64,000 nucleotides of DNA from Hormiphora californensis (lineage: Eukaryota; Animalia; Ctenophora). Positions within the stretch are counted from its first letter, which is position 1; each line of letters begins with the position of its first letter. Where the stretch lies: the NCBI GenBank assembly GCA_020137815.1, contig CM035353.1, positions 124,001 through 188,000 on the forward strand, given 5' to 3'. This document shows positions 1 through 13,100 of this stretch, in pieces. The position numbers and the translations under genes were made by a program. Under the pieces are notes generated by a model. That model did no database searches and had not been told where the DNA came from. It saw only the letters and a program-made list of their open reading frames with translations.

Positions 1-1330
1 ACCTATACACGGTCGCTTGTAGTGGGAAAACGGTAATAGAAAACGGAGATACAGTAAGACGACGCGCAACCGTGGCCAATCAAGGCGCTAGTACGTGCCT
101 GTCTGGCGCCGCGACCCATCTGAGCGCACTGTCAAATGGGGTATGGCGCCGCCATACAGGTACGTGCTGAACACATGCACTTTTTGCCGTGCGTATGAAA
201 CGTGCGCGTCTCATGACTGTATTTCCATTACGGTAATACGAATACAAGCAGCACTGCAGTTAGGTACTAGGTAGGTAATACCGAGCAGATCATTTAAATA
301 AGTCATGGTTTTAGTAAATATATTTATTGGTGATGCTTCGCACCGCTGGTTATATGGCGAATATCCACAATCAATATCAATTTGTATCCATATAATATAT
401 GATATATAGTGAATAGATATCCATGAAAAATGTTTATGAACCATCGACATGTAGATATTCAATTTCATGGGTATTCATGGATATTCAAGTTATAAAGTTC
501 ATGTGTTGCCACGCTTGATATAAGTCTCATCTTCAGTAATCAGTAGTTAGTTATATTCATGGATATAATTCGTGGCACAGTCATGTGTGCAGACGTCGAA
601 AAAAATGGATATTCATGAATAGAAATGGATCGTAATGTGAATAATGAATTCTACCATCCATGGATATCCATTTTTGAGTGCAACGGTGAACTTGACCCAG
701 CGTCATATATACCGTTTATAATTTCAAACAACCATGATGAACGGCTGTTAGTGTTGATCATCTATTAATTACATGAAGTGACATGGTTCCATGGAACGTG
801 AGCCCATCATTTTACGGTCGGCCATTGTCGGTACAATTATATAATTTAGTGGGCTCACTGCAGTACCACAACTAGTTACCAAAACAATATCATTTTATTA
901 CCGGATATCATCATCTCATTCATTGTCACGATCCTGTGCCTTGTACGTTATATCTTCGTTGTTGAATCCTACAGTCATTGAAATCTACGTTGTTAACCCG
1001 GTGCAGAGATGGGAGAGGTAGATGGAAAGCAATGTGTTGAGTACCGAGTGGATGAAGAGGCAATGAAACTAAGACTACAGGTATCACATCTAATGTATTA
1101 CATCTAATGTATTTAATGTATTACATCTAATGTATTACATCTGCATCTCCAATTCCATTCTCTAGCCTGACCGAGTGACCGGTCGTGCAACCACTCTCTC
1201 CACGTCCATTCACCCAGCAGTACTTATAATGAATTGTTTAACACGCGTGCTGCAGGAATGAACCTGGAAACTGACATCAGTTTCCAATTTTGTAACTGGT
1301 CCCTTTCTAAAAGCCAACCAATTCCAGAAA

Positions 1331-2065
1331 TTGAACGAGATGATACTTGATACTCTGAAGGCTGAACCTGAGATTATCGACCAGGACTCCGTTCCCTCTC
1401 TCCTCACCCCTATTGGTGTAATTGACTCCCTCTATTCCATGCTTGATATCCTACATCAACTCTTTACTGGTGCGGGTATTTCCTACTGGTTAAACTATGG
1501 GTCCCTGTTGGGGTACTCCAGACATGGGGGTATTATCCCCTGGGATGATGATATAGATGTGTGCGTAGCAGAGGAGGATAGGGATAAGATATGGGATCTC
1601 CGGGAGAAGTTTCAGGAGTATGGCATGGACATAGAGCGAAACATAAAGGAGGGTGAAGGGGGCACGGCTATAGCTTCGGACGAGAGTTTAAAGATAATAA
1701 AACCACACACAGGGGACGGTCGTGAGGATAGAGGATTGTTTATTGATGTCTATTTCTACTCCACAAAAAAGGATTCCATACACTTTGCAGTTACATTTGG
1801 TGGGGAACCTGACTGCTACAACCTCCAATACATCCATCCAATCCAAGAGGTACAATTTGGTCCTATAACAGCATGTGTCCCGGCTGATCCAGGGGCAATC
1901 AACAGGCTGGTATTTGGAGAGGACTGTATGAGAGTGGCTAGATCTGGATTCTTCGATCACGTGGCCGCCGGCGGGGCTCTGATAATGAGGCGGAAGGTGT
2001 TCGACCCTGCTGATTATTTGGGAGTCCCAGCAAAGACGACTTACTCCCATGTGAAACTAAATTAA
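1331..2065 (+). CDS. LicD-family (fukutin/FKRP-like) phosphotransferase domain; probably the last exon of a longer gene, N-terminus unresolved
   Basis: The ORF contains [26 protein letters not shown] (LicD G-x-LLG...HGG.IPWDDD.D signature), FIDVYFY and FGP...VPAD. It starts at TTG. A plausible upstream exon (...EYRVDEEAMKLRLQ|GT) ends at 1080, but the frame between them is broken. Confidence 0.85.
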   Translation: MNEMILDTLKAEPEIIDQDSVPSLLTPIGVIDSLYSMLDILHQLFTGAGISYWLNYGSLLGYSRHGGIIPWDDDIDVCVAEEDRDKIWDLREKFQEYGMDIERNIKEGEGGTAIASDESLKIIKPHTGDGREDRGLFIDVYFYSTKKDSIHFAVTFGGEPDCYNLQYIHPIQEVQFGPITACVPADPGAINRLVFGEDCMRVARSGFFDHVAAGGALIMRRKVFDPADYLGVPAKTTYSHVKLN

Positions 2066-2519
2066 GCCCCCGTATAATCTGTCAAAGCATTGGTCATGGC
2101 CTGACCCTATTCTCGTTTCTTCAATTAGAAACTGCATGAGGTCAGCGCATTGGCCTGACAGCTTGGTGAAGCAGCAAACGAAGCCCGCGAAATGGGCTGA
2201 GGAAAAGGGGATGACATCACCGATTAAGTCCTAACAGCGTATAATTGATATACTGAAAAACATTGAGACACCTTCTATATAATTTATGTATGAGTATATT
2301 TGTTTTTGTTTTTACAAAATTCCGCATCATTACCAGAATTTATACCAGTTTATTATAGTATTTATTTGTTTTGTACAAAAAACAGTCTAACTTGGCAAGT
2401 ATTTATATACCCTCATGATCATGATTGAAATCAACAATGGCCCAGGCTCTGAGCACACAAAATTCAGTGCGGTAGTGGTTGACCTGTCCAGCTTTTCCTG
2501 TCCAGCTTTTCAATACCTT

Positions 2520-2815
2520 ATCTCTAAAAAAGTTTCCCATTTTGACCCTCCTAATCTCTAAAAAACTTTGCCATTTGACCCTTCTAATCTCTAAGAAAGT
2601 TTACCATTTTGACCCTGCTAGTCCATTAGAAACTTTCCCATTTTGACCCTATTAATCTCTAAGAAACTTTCCCAATTCCCACTTTGACCCTCCTAATCTC
2701 TAAGAAACTTTCCCATTTTGATCCTCCTAATCTCTATACTTTCCCACTTCGACCCTCATAATCCATTTAAAACTTTCGCATTTTGACCCTCCTAATCTCT
2801 ATGAAACTTTCCCAC
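2520..2815. repeat. Minisatellite, ~35-37 bp unit (CTAATCTCTAAGAAACTTTCCCATTTTGACCCTC), ~8 copies
   Basis: Imperfect tandem copies visible directly. Confidence 0.9.
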
Positions 2816-2908
2816 GTGACAACGTGACAAAAGTACCCGTACTTTTTGTAAGTTGCTCTGTTAATCACGTTGTTTTTTATTTCACTAAGTGTTATAAAAA
2901 ACAACGTT

Positions 2909-3186
2909 AGGGTCACCACACACCAAAGTTAAAATTAAAATTAAAATTTTGATTTTAAACCCGCACACACCAACGGCCGTTAAAATTTCTCTCCCCCATT
3001 CTAAAAGTAACAATCTCGCGCGCGATTTTGACGGCGTGTTAAAATTTTGTCATCCAACGTGACCGTCAAAATCGTACGTGAGATTGTTACTTTTAGAATG
3101 GGGAGAGAAATTTGAACGGCGATGGTGTGTGCGGGTTTAAAATCAAAATTTTAATTTTAATTTTAACTTTGGTGTGTGGTGACCCT
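2909..3186. mobile_element. Palindromic MITE, possibly PIF/Harbinger (Tourist-like)
   Basis: ~120-bp inverted arms AGGGTCACCACACACCAAAG... / ...CTTTGGTGTGTGGTGACCCT, with flanks TTA/TGA. A diverged relative lies at ~40358-40550. Confidence 0.8.
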
Positions 3187-3575
3187 GATTTTAAACTGTA
3201 AACGTGTTATTTTCACAATCGGACTTGGTACCATGCTTTACACCTGCAAGACTTGTGGCTCGAAAGTGTGTTGGGATTTTGAGTTATCGATCTTTAAATA
3301 CTTATAGTTTGAACAGAAACATATTTCCGTTTGAACAGATCTGCTTCATCAACTTCAAGGCTTGATTCAACTTGAATCATTCAATTCTTCATTATATTAT
3401 ATATGAGCTTTCAATTTTGGACTCAAAATCCCAGTTTAATTTGGATAAAAGTAAAACAAGCCGGCTTCATGATTTTATAAAAAAATCCAACTTGTAAATT
3501 TTCTACATTGTGTGCAATTGTTTGTATTTATGTAATATAATACAACCATTTATATACACAGTTTTCAGTCGTATA

Positions 3576-3624
<49 letters not shown>

Positions 3625-3736
3625 ACTCATTCTCTCAAGCGATCTACAATTAAAGAATTAAAAATCTGCACATAATGTGGTAAAAGGTCCGCATTAAAAC
3701 ATAGACTCTCTCAATCTGAACTATCGAGGGGCGTCC

Positions 3737-3794
<58 letters not shown>

Positions 3795-3797
<3 letters not shown>

Positions 3798-4926
3798 TCA
3801 ATGTTATTTTTGTCTGGCTCGCCGACCAAAATTTTCCATCGAGCTATAGTAAATATGCTACAACCCCCAAGGTTTTACTCAGCACCTCAAAAAATTGAAA
3901 AATTGTCAAAACTTCATTATTGTGAAAACGCGATGTCTCTAGCTCAATCCAGTGAGGTGCTAGACACTGAAATATCCCGTGAGGTGCCCACGTGAGGTGC
4001 TCTTGATTTACAGGAATACCGTTTGAGCAAAAATCTCGAAATTTTCGGAAAAGCTAGATTTATTTCTAACTTATCAGATGAGGTGAAAAGCTAAGACAAT
4101 TTTACTCATTTAGTGAGGTGCAAGCCGTTTTTAGAGCTAAAAGTTTACTCTTCAGGGGTCAAATGAGTGAATAATGATTTGAAACTTGGTATATAGCAAG
4201 ATTGGACAATTTCCCCCCTGATTTACCTAAAATTTAATCTAAAAATTACTCAGCGAGTGAGGTGCAGACCTTTAAAAAATTACATATTTTACCTACTTCT
4301 CAAGGGCACCTCACAGGTTGAGTAATGACATTGGAGTCGATTAGGTAGTGTTTGGGGATGTCATATGAGCAAATTAAGGCCACTTTTAGAACTATATACT
4401 CACTGAGTGAGGTGCAATTAGCGTTTGAAGAAAATACCGTTTTTTGGGTGCACCTCACTCATTGAGCAAAATTTTTGGAACTTTTTTGGTACAAATGATG
4501 GTTTAGAGTCTACTGCAAGTATCTAGCTAGCGAAAGTCGTGAAACGTGAGGTGCTACAGGCTTAAAAGTAGATGTAAGTATACAGTGTAACTTTAAACAC
4601 CGTTTGCACCTCATAGATTGAGTAAGTTTGCTTACATATTTTAATAGGTGTATATATTGGACATTTTTCAGCATATTTTCGAAAATTTTAGGAAAAATTA
4701 TTAAAAATTGACGGAACAGCACATGCTTTTGCAAACTATGTCACCGGCACCTCACGAAATGAGTTATTCAAATTTTAGAGTTGTAAAAGCGATTATTATA
4801 CATTTTTATTAATAAATTCGGAATATTTCGTTAATTTGGCATTATTTAGTTGTCCAAAAATGACTAAATGTAAAAGTGTCCATTTTTCGAAGTCAAAAAC
4901 GAACCAGACAAAAATAACATTGACCA
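3795..4926. mobile_element. Non-autonomous TIR DNA transposon inserted in a (TA)n microsatellite
   Basis: 23-bp perfect TIR TGGTCAATGTTATTTTTGTCTGG / CCAGACAAAAATAACATTGACCA with (TA)n on both sides. About 13 internal TGAGGTGC/GCACCTCA motifs. No transposase ORF. Confidence 0.85.
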
Positions 4927-5758
4927 TATATATATATATATATATCTATAATATAAACATATTTGGTCATATATGGACCGGATCTCTAATATCTATTGAT
5001 TGAAAATGGTAAATTTTATCACCATGACTCATAAACACCTGATAAAATCTACAAAAAACAGTATACCGGTACTTCGCTTCTGAATTCCATTCTTGCTATC
5101 TGTAAAGACAGCAGCTCAGATAACTATGGGTGGTAGCTATTGAAATTCAGAGTTCTTAGCGGAAACACACCGATATATAGCATTATGGTAGGAAGAAAGT
5201 AGATATATACAGACGATGTAATGAGACCCAGATCACATATACAATGCTAATTTGTACAATAATTATATCATTCATCTCTAAGAAAGGATTTTAGAATGTC
5301 CAATAGAAAGTAAAGAAAATCATCATTAATCGCACACTGGCTTCTTCTTTTTAGGACTTGATTAAAAGAAAGCACTAGAAAACTTATTAGAGATATCTCC
5401 ACCGGATACACATGTATAGTACTAAGTAAATTGAAAAGTACCCTCAGGAGCACCCTCTGAGACTGATCTTCAATCTTATTTCTCTCGGTCTAAACTCTAA
5501 TTAATCGATGTTATAAGATGTACATTTTCAACATTTAGCATTTTAAAAAGCTATCACAAGGATTACATTTTCACAACGTGTCCACAGTATAATAATTTTT
5601 TCTCTTTCTCAATGTCCCTTCATTGTCATTAATCTCTGAGCCACTGATCACACCACCCTTATTAACCAAGCTCTCTGAAATCACCCCCAACACAAAGATA
5701 CTTCCGCCTCGAAACTCCCCTCATTTCATTTCACTTGAAATTCATTCAATTGTCTGCT

Positions 5759-8700
5759 TCACAAAATGGAATTCCAATCGAAATTATCCTCGATCTCCTC
5801 TTCAGGAGGTCTCATGGGTGGATAGCCCAATTCGGATAAACCCTGAAATAAGATGCGACATGTGTTAGCAATATAACATGGTGGAATTGTTGAATTGTGA
5901 GGTATACTGTGAGAGACTGGGTTAATAAAATCGGAGGGTAACGTATAGTGTTATCCCATTACAATGAGAACTGAGGTATGTCTATAAAATTGGAAGAGAG
6001 AAGTAGTTCTCTTTCTTCCATGATGAACTTCATGAATCATGTAGTACATGATGTACCTGGGTTGGGTTGCTGGAAATGTATGTTGAGAAGGAGGCAGCTA
6101 GATCATTTAATTGTCCAGCAGAGAGGTTTAGACCGCTGTCCGTCTTGAAGCTCTCCATCAGGTGGTGGACCTGGAGGGGCAACATCTGTTCTCCGGTTAG
6201 TGCTCAATGGAGATGTATCATGGGGAGGGGGACAAGAGGAGGGTTAGTGCTCAATGGAGATGGAACCAGGAAGAGGGGGCAGGAAGAGGGGGCAAAAAAA
6301 AGGGGGACATGAATACAAAAAGGGACGGCAGAAGGGTCAAGGGTAAGTAGGGACTACGAAAGGGGGTCTGTGGGCCGTGGGGTCTATCGACATACCCTTC
6401 CGTCTTGACTGTAGTTAAGATTTCCCTTCGAACTGCTGGAATGCATCTGTGGCAAAGTCGGGTCTGTACCTGACAGAGTGACATGTGATAAATATCAAAC
6501 AGTACACTCAACTTATAACGATGCGAGTTATGTTGTAAGCCTCCTTTACATTGGTAACATACAAATAAAAGCATACTGTTAAATAGTTACAATATGTGTA
6601 TTACATACTTCCAATGAGTTGATTAGCCGTCTGACTATTGTTAAGATTCCTAAATTACTTCTTTAAAAAACCCGGCCGTTTTGTAACCCCCCGGGGGGGG
6701 GTTTTAACGGTTTTAAAAGTTAGGGTTGGTGAGGGGGGAAGGGGAAAAAAGAAAAAGGAGAGAAAAGGAGAGAGAGAAAAGGGAAAAAGGAGAAAGAAGA
6801 CGGAAAAGGAAGAAGAAGAAGGGGAAAGAGAAGAAAAGAGAGGGGAAGGAGAGAGAGAGAGGAAGAAGAGAGAGAAAAAAAAGAGAAAGAGAGAAGAAAA
6901 AGAGAAGAGAAGAAGAGAAAAGGAGAAAAGGGAAAGGGGGGAAGGAAAGAAAAAAAAAAGGAAAAAGGAAAAAGGGGGGGAAAAAAAAAAAAAAAGGGGG
7001 GAAAAAAGAGGGAATTTATGAATTATGTACTAACTGTTCAACCCTAAAGGCTAAAGTTTGGAATTTATTTGTAAAAGGGTTTCCAAAAGGGGGGTTCCCA
7101 AAAACGGGCCTTTTAAAAAAGAAAAAAAACACCCAAAAAGCCTATAAACTTTTTTTAAAGGTTACGAACTTTTTGACCGTTTAAAAACCTTTAAAAAAGC
7201 TTTTTGAAAGCGCTTTAAGGCAAAAAAGCGCTTTAAACGGACCCCCCAAAAACCCCAAAAAACCGCTTTAAAGCGCTTTAAAGCGCTTTAAACGCTTTTT
7301 TTAAAAAGCGTTTTAAACAGCGTTTAAAAAACCGCTTTAAGGGCCTTTAAAAACCGCTTAAACGCTTTTTTTTTCAAAATCCAAAAAAAAAACCTTTAAA
7401 GGCTTTAAAAAATCGCTTTAAAAAAGCGCTAAAAAAAAGGAAAAAAACGCAACCAAAGCCTTTTTAGCGCTTTAAGCGTTTTTTAAAATTTAAAAAATTG
7501 AATTGGTTTTAAAAAAAAGCGTTTTTTAAAAAAACCAAAAGCGGCAAAAAAAGCACTTTTTTAAATGTTTTAAAAAGCGCTACAAAGCGCTTTAAAGCGC
7601 TTTTTAAAGCGCTATAAAGCGCTTTATAGCGCTATAAAAAGCGCTAAAAAGCGCTTTTTATAGCGCTATAAAGTGCTTTTCAAAGCGCTATAAAGCGCTT
7701 AAAAGCGCTTTCGAAAGCGCTATAAAGCGCTTTTTATAGCGCTATAAAGCGCTTTTTATAGCGCTTTATAGGGTAGAAGGGCCACGGCCCTTGAACACCG
7801 CCACGTGGCGGTTTTAACCGCCACGTGGCCCCTGGACGTGGCGTCAATTCTCAGGACGTGGCGCCAATGAGCCTTTTTGGCGGTGTTCATGTGGCGTTAA
7901 TAGTCGAAATTGGCGCTTCGAATTGGCGCTTTTCTTTTTTGGCCCCAGGGACGTGGCGTTGGCCCCAGGACGTGGCGTCAATTTTTGAATGGCGGAGATG
8001 TCAAAATTTTTTGGCGCTTTCGGATGACGCCACACCCGAAAAATTCGAATCGCCAATTTGTTTTTTTGGCCTATCATTTGGCGCTAATTTTTGGCGCTAA
8101 TTTTTTGGCGCCATGTAAATTGGCGCCATATAAACTGATACTAGAAACCCCCTAGTGGCCCCTAGGGACCCCCCAGGAGGCGCTAGAGTCACCTAAAAGC
8201 CCCCTAGAAGGCTCCAAGAGACCCCTAGAGGCCACTAGAGTCGATTAGAGTCCCTTAAAAGCCCAGAAAGATCGCATGCAGCCCCAGTTGAGCACACAAG
8301 GCCCCCAAAAAGCCACCAGAGTTCTCTAGAGTCCCCTGAAACGCGCCAAGAGGACACCAGAGATCCCTGAATGCCCGTAGAAGTCCCTAAAGACCCAAAG
8401 AGGCCCCAAGGATTGAACTATTAAAAAAGAGCTGTGTTTATATGTTTATTATGTAAATATATCGCCATGTAAATGGCGCTAATAATTACTTTGGCGCTTT
8501 GATGTGGCGGAGTTTATGTGGCGCCAATTATGTGGCGTCAATTATTGACGCCACACCGAAAATTCAAAAAACCACGTGGCGCTAAAATCGACTAAAAATC
8601 CATTGGCGCCATCCTCTCAAATTGACGCCACGTCCTGGGGCCAACGCCACGTCCCTGGGGCCAAAAAAGAAAAGCGCCAATTCGAAGCGCCAATTTCGAC

Positions 8701-10075
8701 TATTAACGCCACATGAACACCGCCAAAAAGGCTCATTGGCGCCACGTCCTGAGAATTGACGCCACGTCCAGGGGCCACGTGGCGGTTAAAACCGCCACGT
8801 GGCGGTGTTCAAGGGCCGTGGCCCTTCTACCCTTTATAGCGCTTTAAAAAGCGCTTTATAGCGCTTTGTAGCGCTTTTCAAAGCACTTTTTAAAAGTGCT
8901 TTTTATAGCGCTATAAAGCGCTTTAAAGCGCTATAAAAAGCGCTTTATAGCGCTATAAAAAGCGCTTTTTAGCGCTATAAAAAGCGCTTTAAAGCGCTAT
9001 AAAGCGAAAGCGCTTTATAGCGCTAGAAAGCGCTTTAAAGCGTTTGAGAAAGCGCTTTATAGCGCTTTTGAAAGCGCTTTTAAAGCGCTTTAAAGCGCTT
9101 TATTTTTGGATTTTGAACAAAAAAAGCGCTTTATAGCGGTAGCGCTTTAAAGCGCTTTTGAAAGCGCTTTAAATTGCTACAAGAAACGCTTTAAAGCGCT
9201 TTTAGCGCTTTAAAAGCGCTTTAAAGCGGTGCGCTTTAAAGCGGTACCGCTTTAAAGCGCTTTATAGCGCTATAAAGCGCTTTCTCAAACGCTTTAAAGC
9301 GCTTTAAAGCGGTCGAAAATGTTCAGCCCAGAACTACCATATTACCACATTTAGTTACTCCTTTCCATCCAAAATATACTCTAATTTCCAGTCAAATTCC
9401 TTCCAACCCCTTCACTCACGGGATACAGAGAGTTTTTCCACGGTCACATTTCCATTACTCATAACAGGGGTGCTGTTGTTTCGTATTTTGGGAAGTCTGG
9501 GAGCTTTAGCGTGGTAGTTAACAAAATCTTCCTCCACCGGGGAATATGGGGACCGCTCCTGAGAAGGGGGACAAGGGGGTTAGTGAGATGGCAATGTAAT
9601 GGGGTTATGGGTGCTGATATATAGGATACGAATTACGAAGTTAGAGAGAGGGGGGAATGAATGGGATGATGGAAGTAATGTGTTAAGGGATGATGTCATA
9701 GTGTGTTAACACACAGCTTGGTATAACTACCACCAAGAGCGATATAATCCTCCTCCCATCCCGTGACTGTGGTTGTCAGGGCGACGCTCTAATCATGTAA
9801 TGACGTATGCACGATAACATTTCTACGCTTCTACACGGCATGACGGTACGTGATGGAGGTGCCAAGTGCGCGCGCCCGACTAGATGGTAGAATGGGAGGC
9901 TCGCGCGTTACATACATTCCACCGCCATCCAGGGAGGAGATGTTGGAGAGATGCCAAGACTCTGGCTTATAAGCATCGAACTATTAACTCTTCTTTCTTT
10001 CTCTCGTTCGGTGCGGAGAAAGAGAGAGCTGAGAGGGAGAGAGATAGATAGAGGGAGAGAGAGAGAGAGCAGTGT

Positions 10076-10112
<37 letters not shown>

Positions 10113-13100
10113 CAGTGTGAGAGAAAGAAAGAGAGCGACAGCTGGAGAATACCGGAAGATGTAGACCTGCTGCTAGGAGAGTAAAAAAAGATAGTAGACA
10201 CTTTGAGAACTTCCCATTTTAGCATCAAAGGACAATAGTGAAGTGTCTGACAAAGGATCCACAGAGCCTGCAATCCATTGTAACAGAAAATAGAAACAGA
10301 CACACAGTGATGGTTGCAGACAGCCAGGATCAATGTGGTGGCAATGCCACAGCCCCAAAAGTCACCGTGTTTTCTTGGATAATATGAAACCCTCTGGATC
10401 AAGAGAAGGAATAAGATGTAGTTTACTATGGCACTGTAAAAACGTCTGATACATGGTTGCAGTTATGTATGTGGTGTTCAATATGTTAGAAAATTGTTTG
10501 AAATTTAAAGAACCGAAACGGATGGGATGTTGGACGAGGATATGTAATGATAAATTGGTGTATTTGGTACTGTATACCGTGACCCCATAATCATACTTGA
10601 GGGTTAGAAAATAGCAACCATACTATTATTCCATATATGGCTATCGGAGGACTATCAGTATGCGAAATAAACGTCTACGAAGGGATAGATAGAGGAGCCT
10701 TTTTAGACTTTTGATTTCATAAAAACTGAAAAATGTGAGTTACACCACGGTTTTTTCTTCCAGTAAAAAACCCAGGAAGGTGGCTACTGTGAATTGTGAT
10801 GTTAGTATTGGAAGGTGGCTACTGTGAATTGTGATGCTAGTATTGAATTACCTTACTCAGATAAGTAGATCATTAGTAAGTCACCAAAGTCTATCATTAA
10901 TCATCGCTCATCTGTCTCCATGGCCTCCATTATCGATCACTCTCTAAAAGAGCCTACATTTCTCTCTCTCTCTACAGTAGTAACTGTCAAGAGCCAAGTA
11001 ATATTTATAGACGCTTACTACCTTTAACAGTAACATCTCTTCCCCTAATCGACTGTCAATATATTAAATATGACAACACAATGTCATGTAGTAATCTGTG
11101 GTGCTTAGAGAGAGAGATATGGAGAATTCAGAGGGGAGAGTCTAGAGAGATAGGAAGAGTCGACTACTGTATGAAGGGATAAACTGGAGGGAGAGTATTA
11201 GATAATGAACGATGTCAATTCTTTGTACAAAGGGCGTATATAAAGTTCCAAAAGTGATCAGATCTCGTTTAGTTATAACTTTCAAATGGGGCCCCCATGG
11301 TATGGGGTCATTTGTGTGTGTGTGTGAGAGAGAGAAAGAGAGAGAGAGTGAAAAGGAAGGAGATGTGTAACCAAAGAATTGTAAACTTATCGTTCCCTAT
11401 TTTGCCCTCCCTCCCACACAATCCTGCCTGTGTGCTGCAGTAGCAGTATCATGTTGTTATGTTCTAACACAGTCTAGCTAGGCAAGTACCATGATGATCG
11501 TCAGCAGATCTATACACTATCAATTCAAAACTTCATTTCACGTGCTCCCGGCTGATCCCGGTTCAAATGCTTTCAAATATCAGACTTACTCAGGAAGGAT
11601 TAAAAAATAGCTATTTGTAGAAATTTGGAGATAGATAATGTAAAAGGGACTGAGAACGGAAAGAGAGAAGAAATAGAAGGGGCGAATGATCTAGCACACT
11701 CGCTAAATTTGATTTTCTGTTCGGTCACATTATATAGATTATTAGGTAATGTAGGCGATTGTGGACATTGGCCAGACTTAATAAGAAGGTCCTACGTAGC
11801 TCAGCAGCTTGCTTAGGATATTTATGGTTAAAATTAGATAATTTGCTGCGACAGGATAACATAATTCTGGAACTTATTGGAATAATTGTTCTGAACCACG
11901 CTATAGGATACAGTCGTCTTATAAACGTTTCTGGTGCAGTCTACTACTATAACATGCCCCGTCATATTCATTGTAACACCACACCCGGGATAGGTTATTT
12001 CTCACCTCTCTCTCTCTCTCTCTACCGCGGGGCGTTTAACCTAGTACTATCTGAGTCTGCCGCTACCTACCTGTAGGAGCAATTCCCTCTTGTGGGTTTT
12101 GATAACCCTCTGCATAATTTACCTTTCTTCTCCTCTCTCTTTCTCTCCTTTTTCCTCGTCACCCCTCTTCCCCCCCCCCCGGGGGGGGGGGGGGCCCCCC
12201 CTTGGGAGGGAGGGAGGGACCATCTTTCATAGCGAAGGAGACCCCGGAAGTAAGAGAAAGAAGGAGAGAGAGAGGGAGAGAGAAAGAAGGAGAAAGAAAG
12301 AAGGAGAAAAAGTGAGAGGATGAGAGAGAGAAAGATAGCGAAGGGGAGAAAGAGATAGACAGATTATATAGAGAGGAGAAAGAGAGGGAAAGGATTGGAG
12401 ACAGAGAGTTTTAACTTGAATATGCTAAGTTGGACGAAGAAGATTGAAGAAACGGTCAGAAATACTGGCGTTTGATGGGAAAATATGTAGAAAGAAAGTT
12501 AGAAAAGAGAAAAGATTGGGGGATGATAGAGAGATGAACACGTGATTCATCTGTGTGATATTGATAAGCAGGAGGAAAGGAAAAGAGGATGGTGTTAAAA
12601 TTGAACACTGAGACTATCGCACTCATTGTCAGTTTTCATCTCTCTCTCTCTCTCTCTCTCTCTCTGCTCTCTCTCCTCTCTCTCTCCTCTTCCTCTTCTC
12701 TCTCTCTTTTCAGCTTTCTCTCTTTTTCCTCTCTCTCCTCCACTCTCTCTTCTTCTCTCTCTCTCCTCTCCTCTCCTTCATCTCCTCTCTCTCTCTCGTC
12801 ATCCTCTCTCTCTCCTCTCTCTCTCCTCTGCCTGCGTCTCTCTCGCTCCTCTCCTCTACTCTCAAATGCCGCCTGGTCTCCTCTCTCCTCCTCTGCCCCC
12901 TCTCTCTCTGTTCCTCCTCTCGCTGCGGGCCTATCTCTGAACCGCTCTCTCGTCCTCTCTCTCGTCTCTCTCTCCTCTCTCCCTCTCTCAGAAAGCTCCG
13001 CCCAACATGCATGCGATCAGATCACGTCACTTTATATGCACGTACTCTCATAAATGTGTGTATGTATGATAGAAGGTGAAAGAGCATCAATTTGATGCCA

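Noticed and set aside
6638-7184. Lys/Glu/Arg-rich ORFs
   Set aside because: Translation of GA-rich low-complexity, apparently low-quality sequence inside a FoxJ2/3 intron.
12090-13053. Ser/Leu- and Arg/Glu-rich ORFs (also 15135-15491, 16813-17261, 51457-51831, 61880-62400)
   Set aside because: Products of (CT)n/(GA)n microsatellites.
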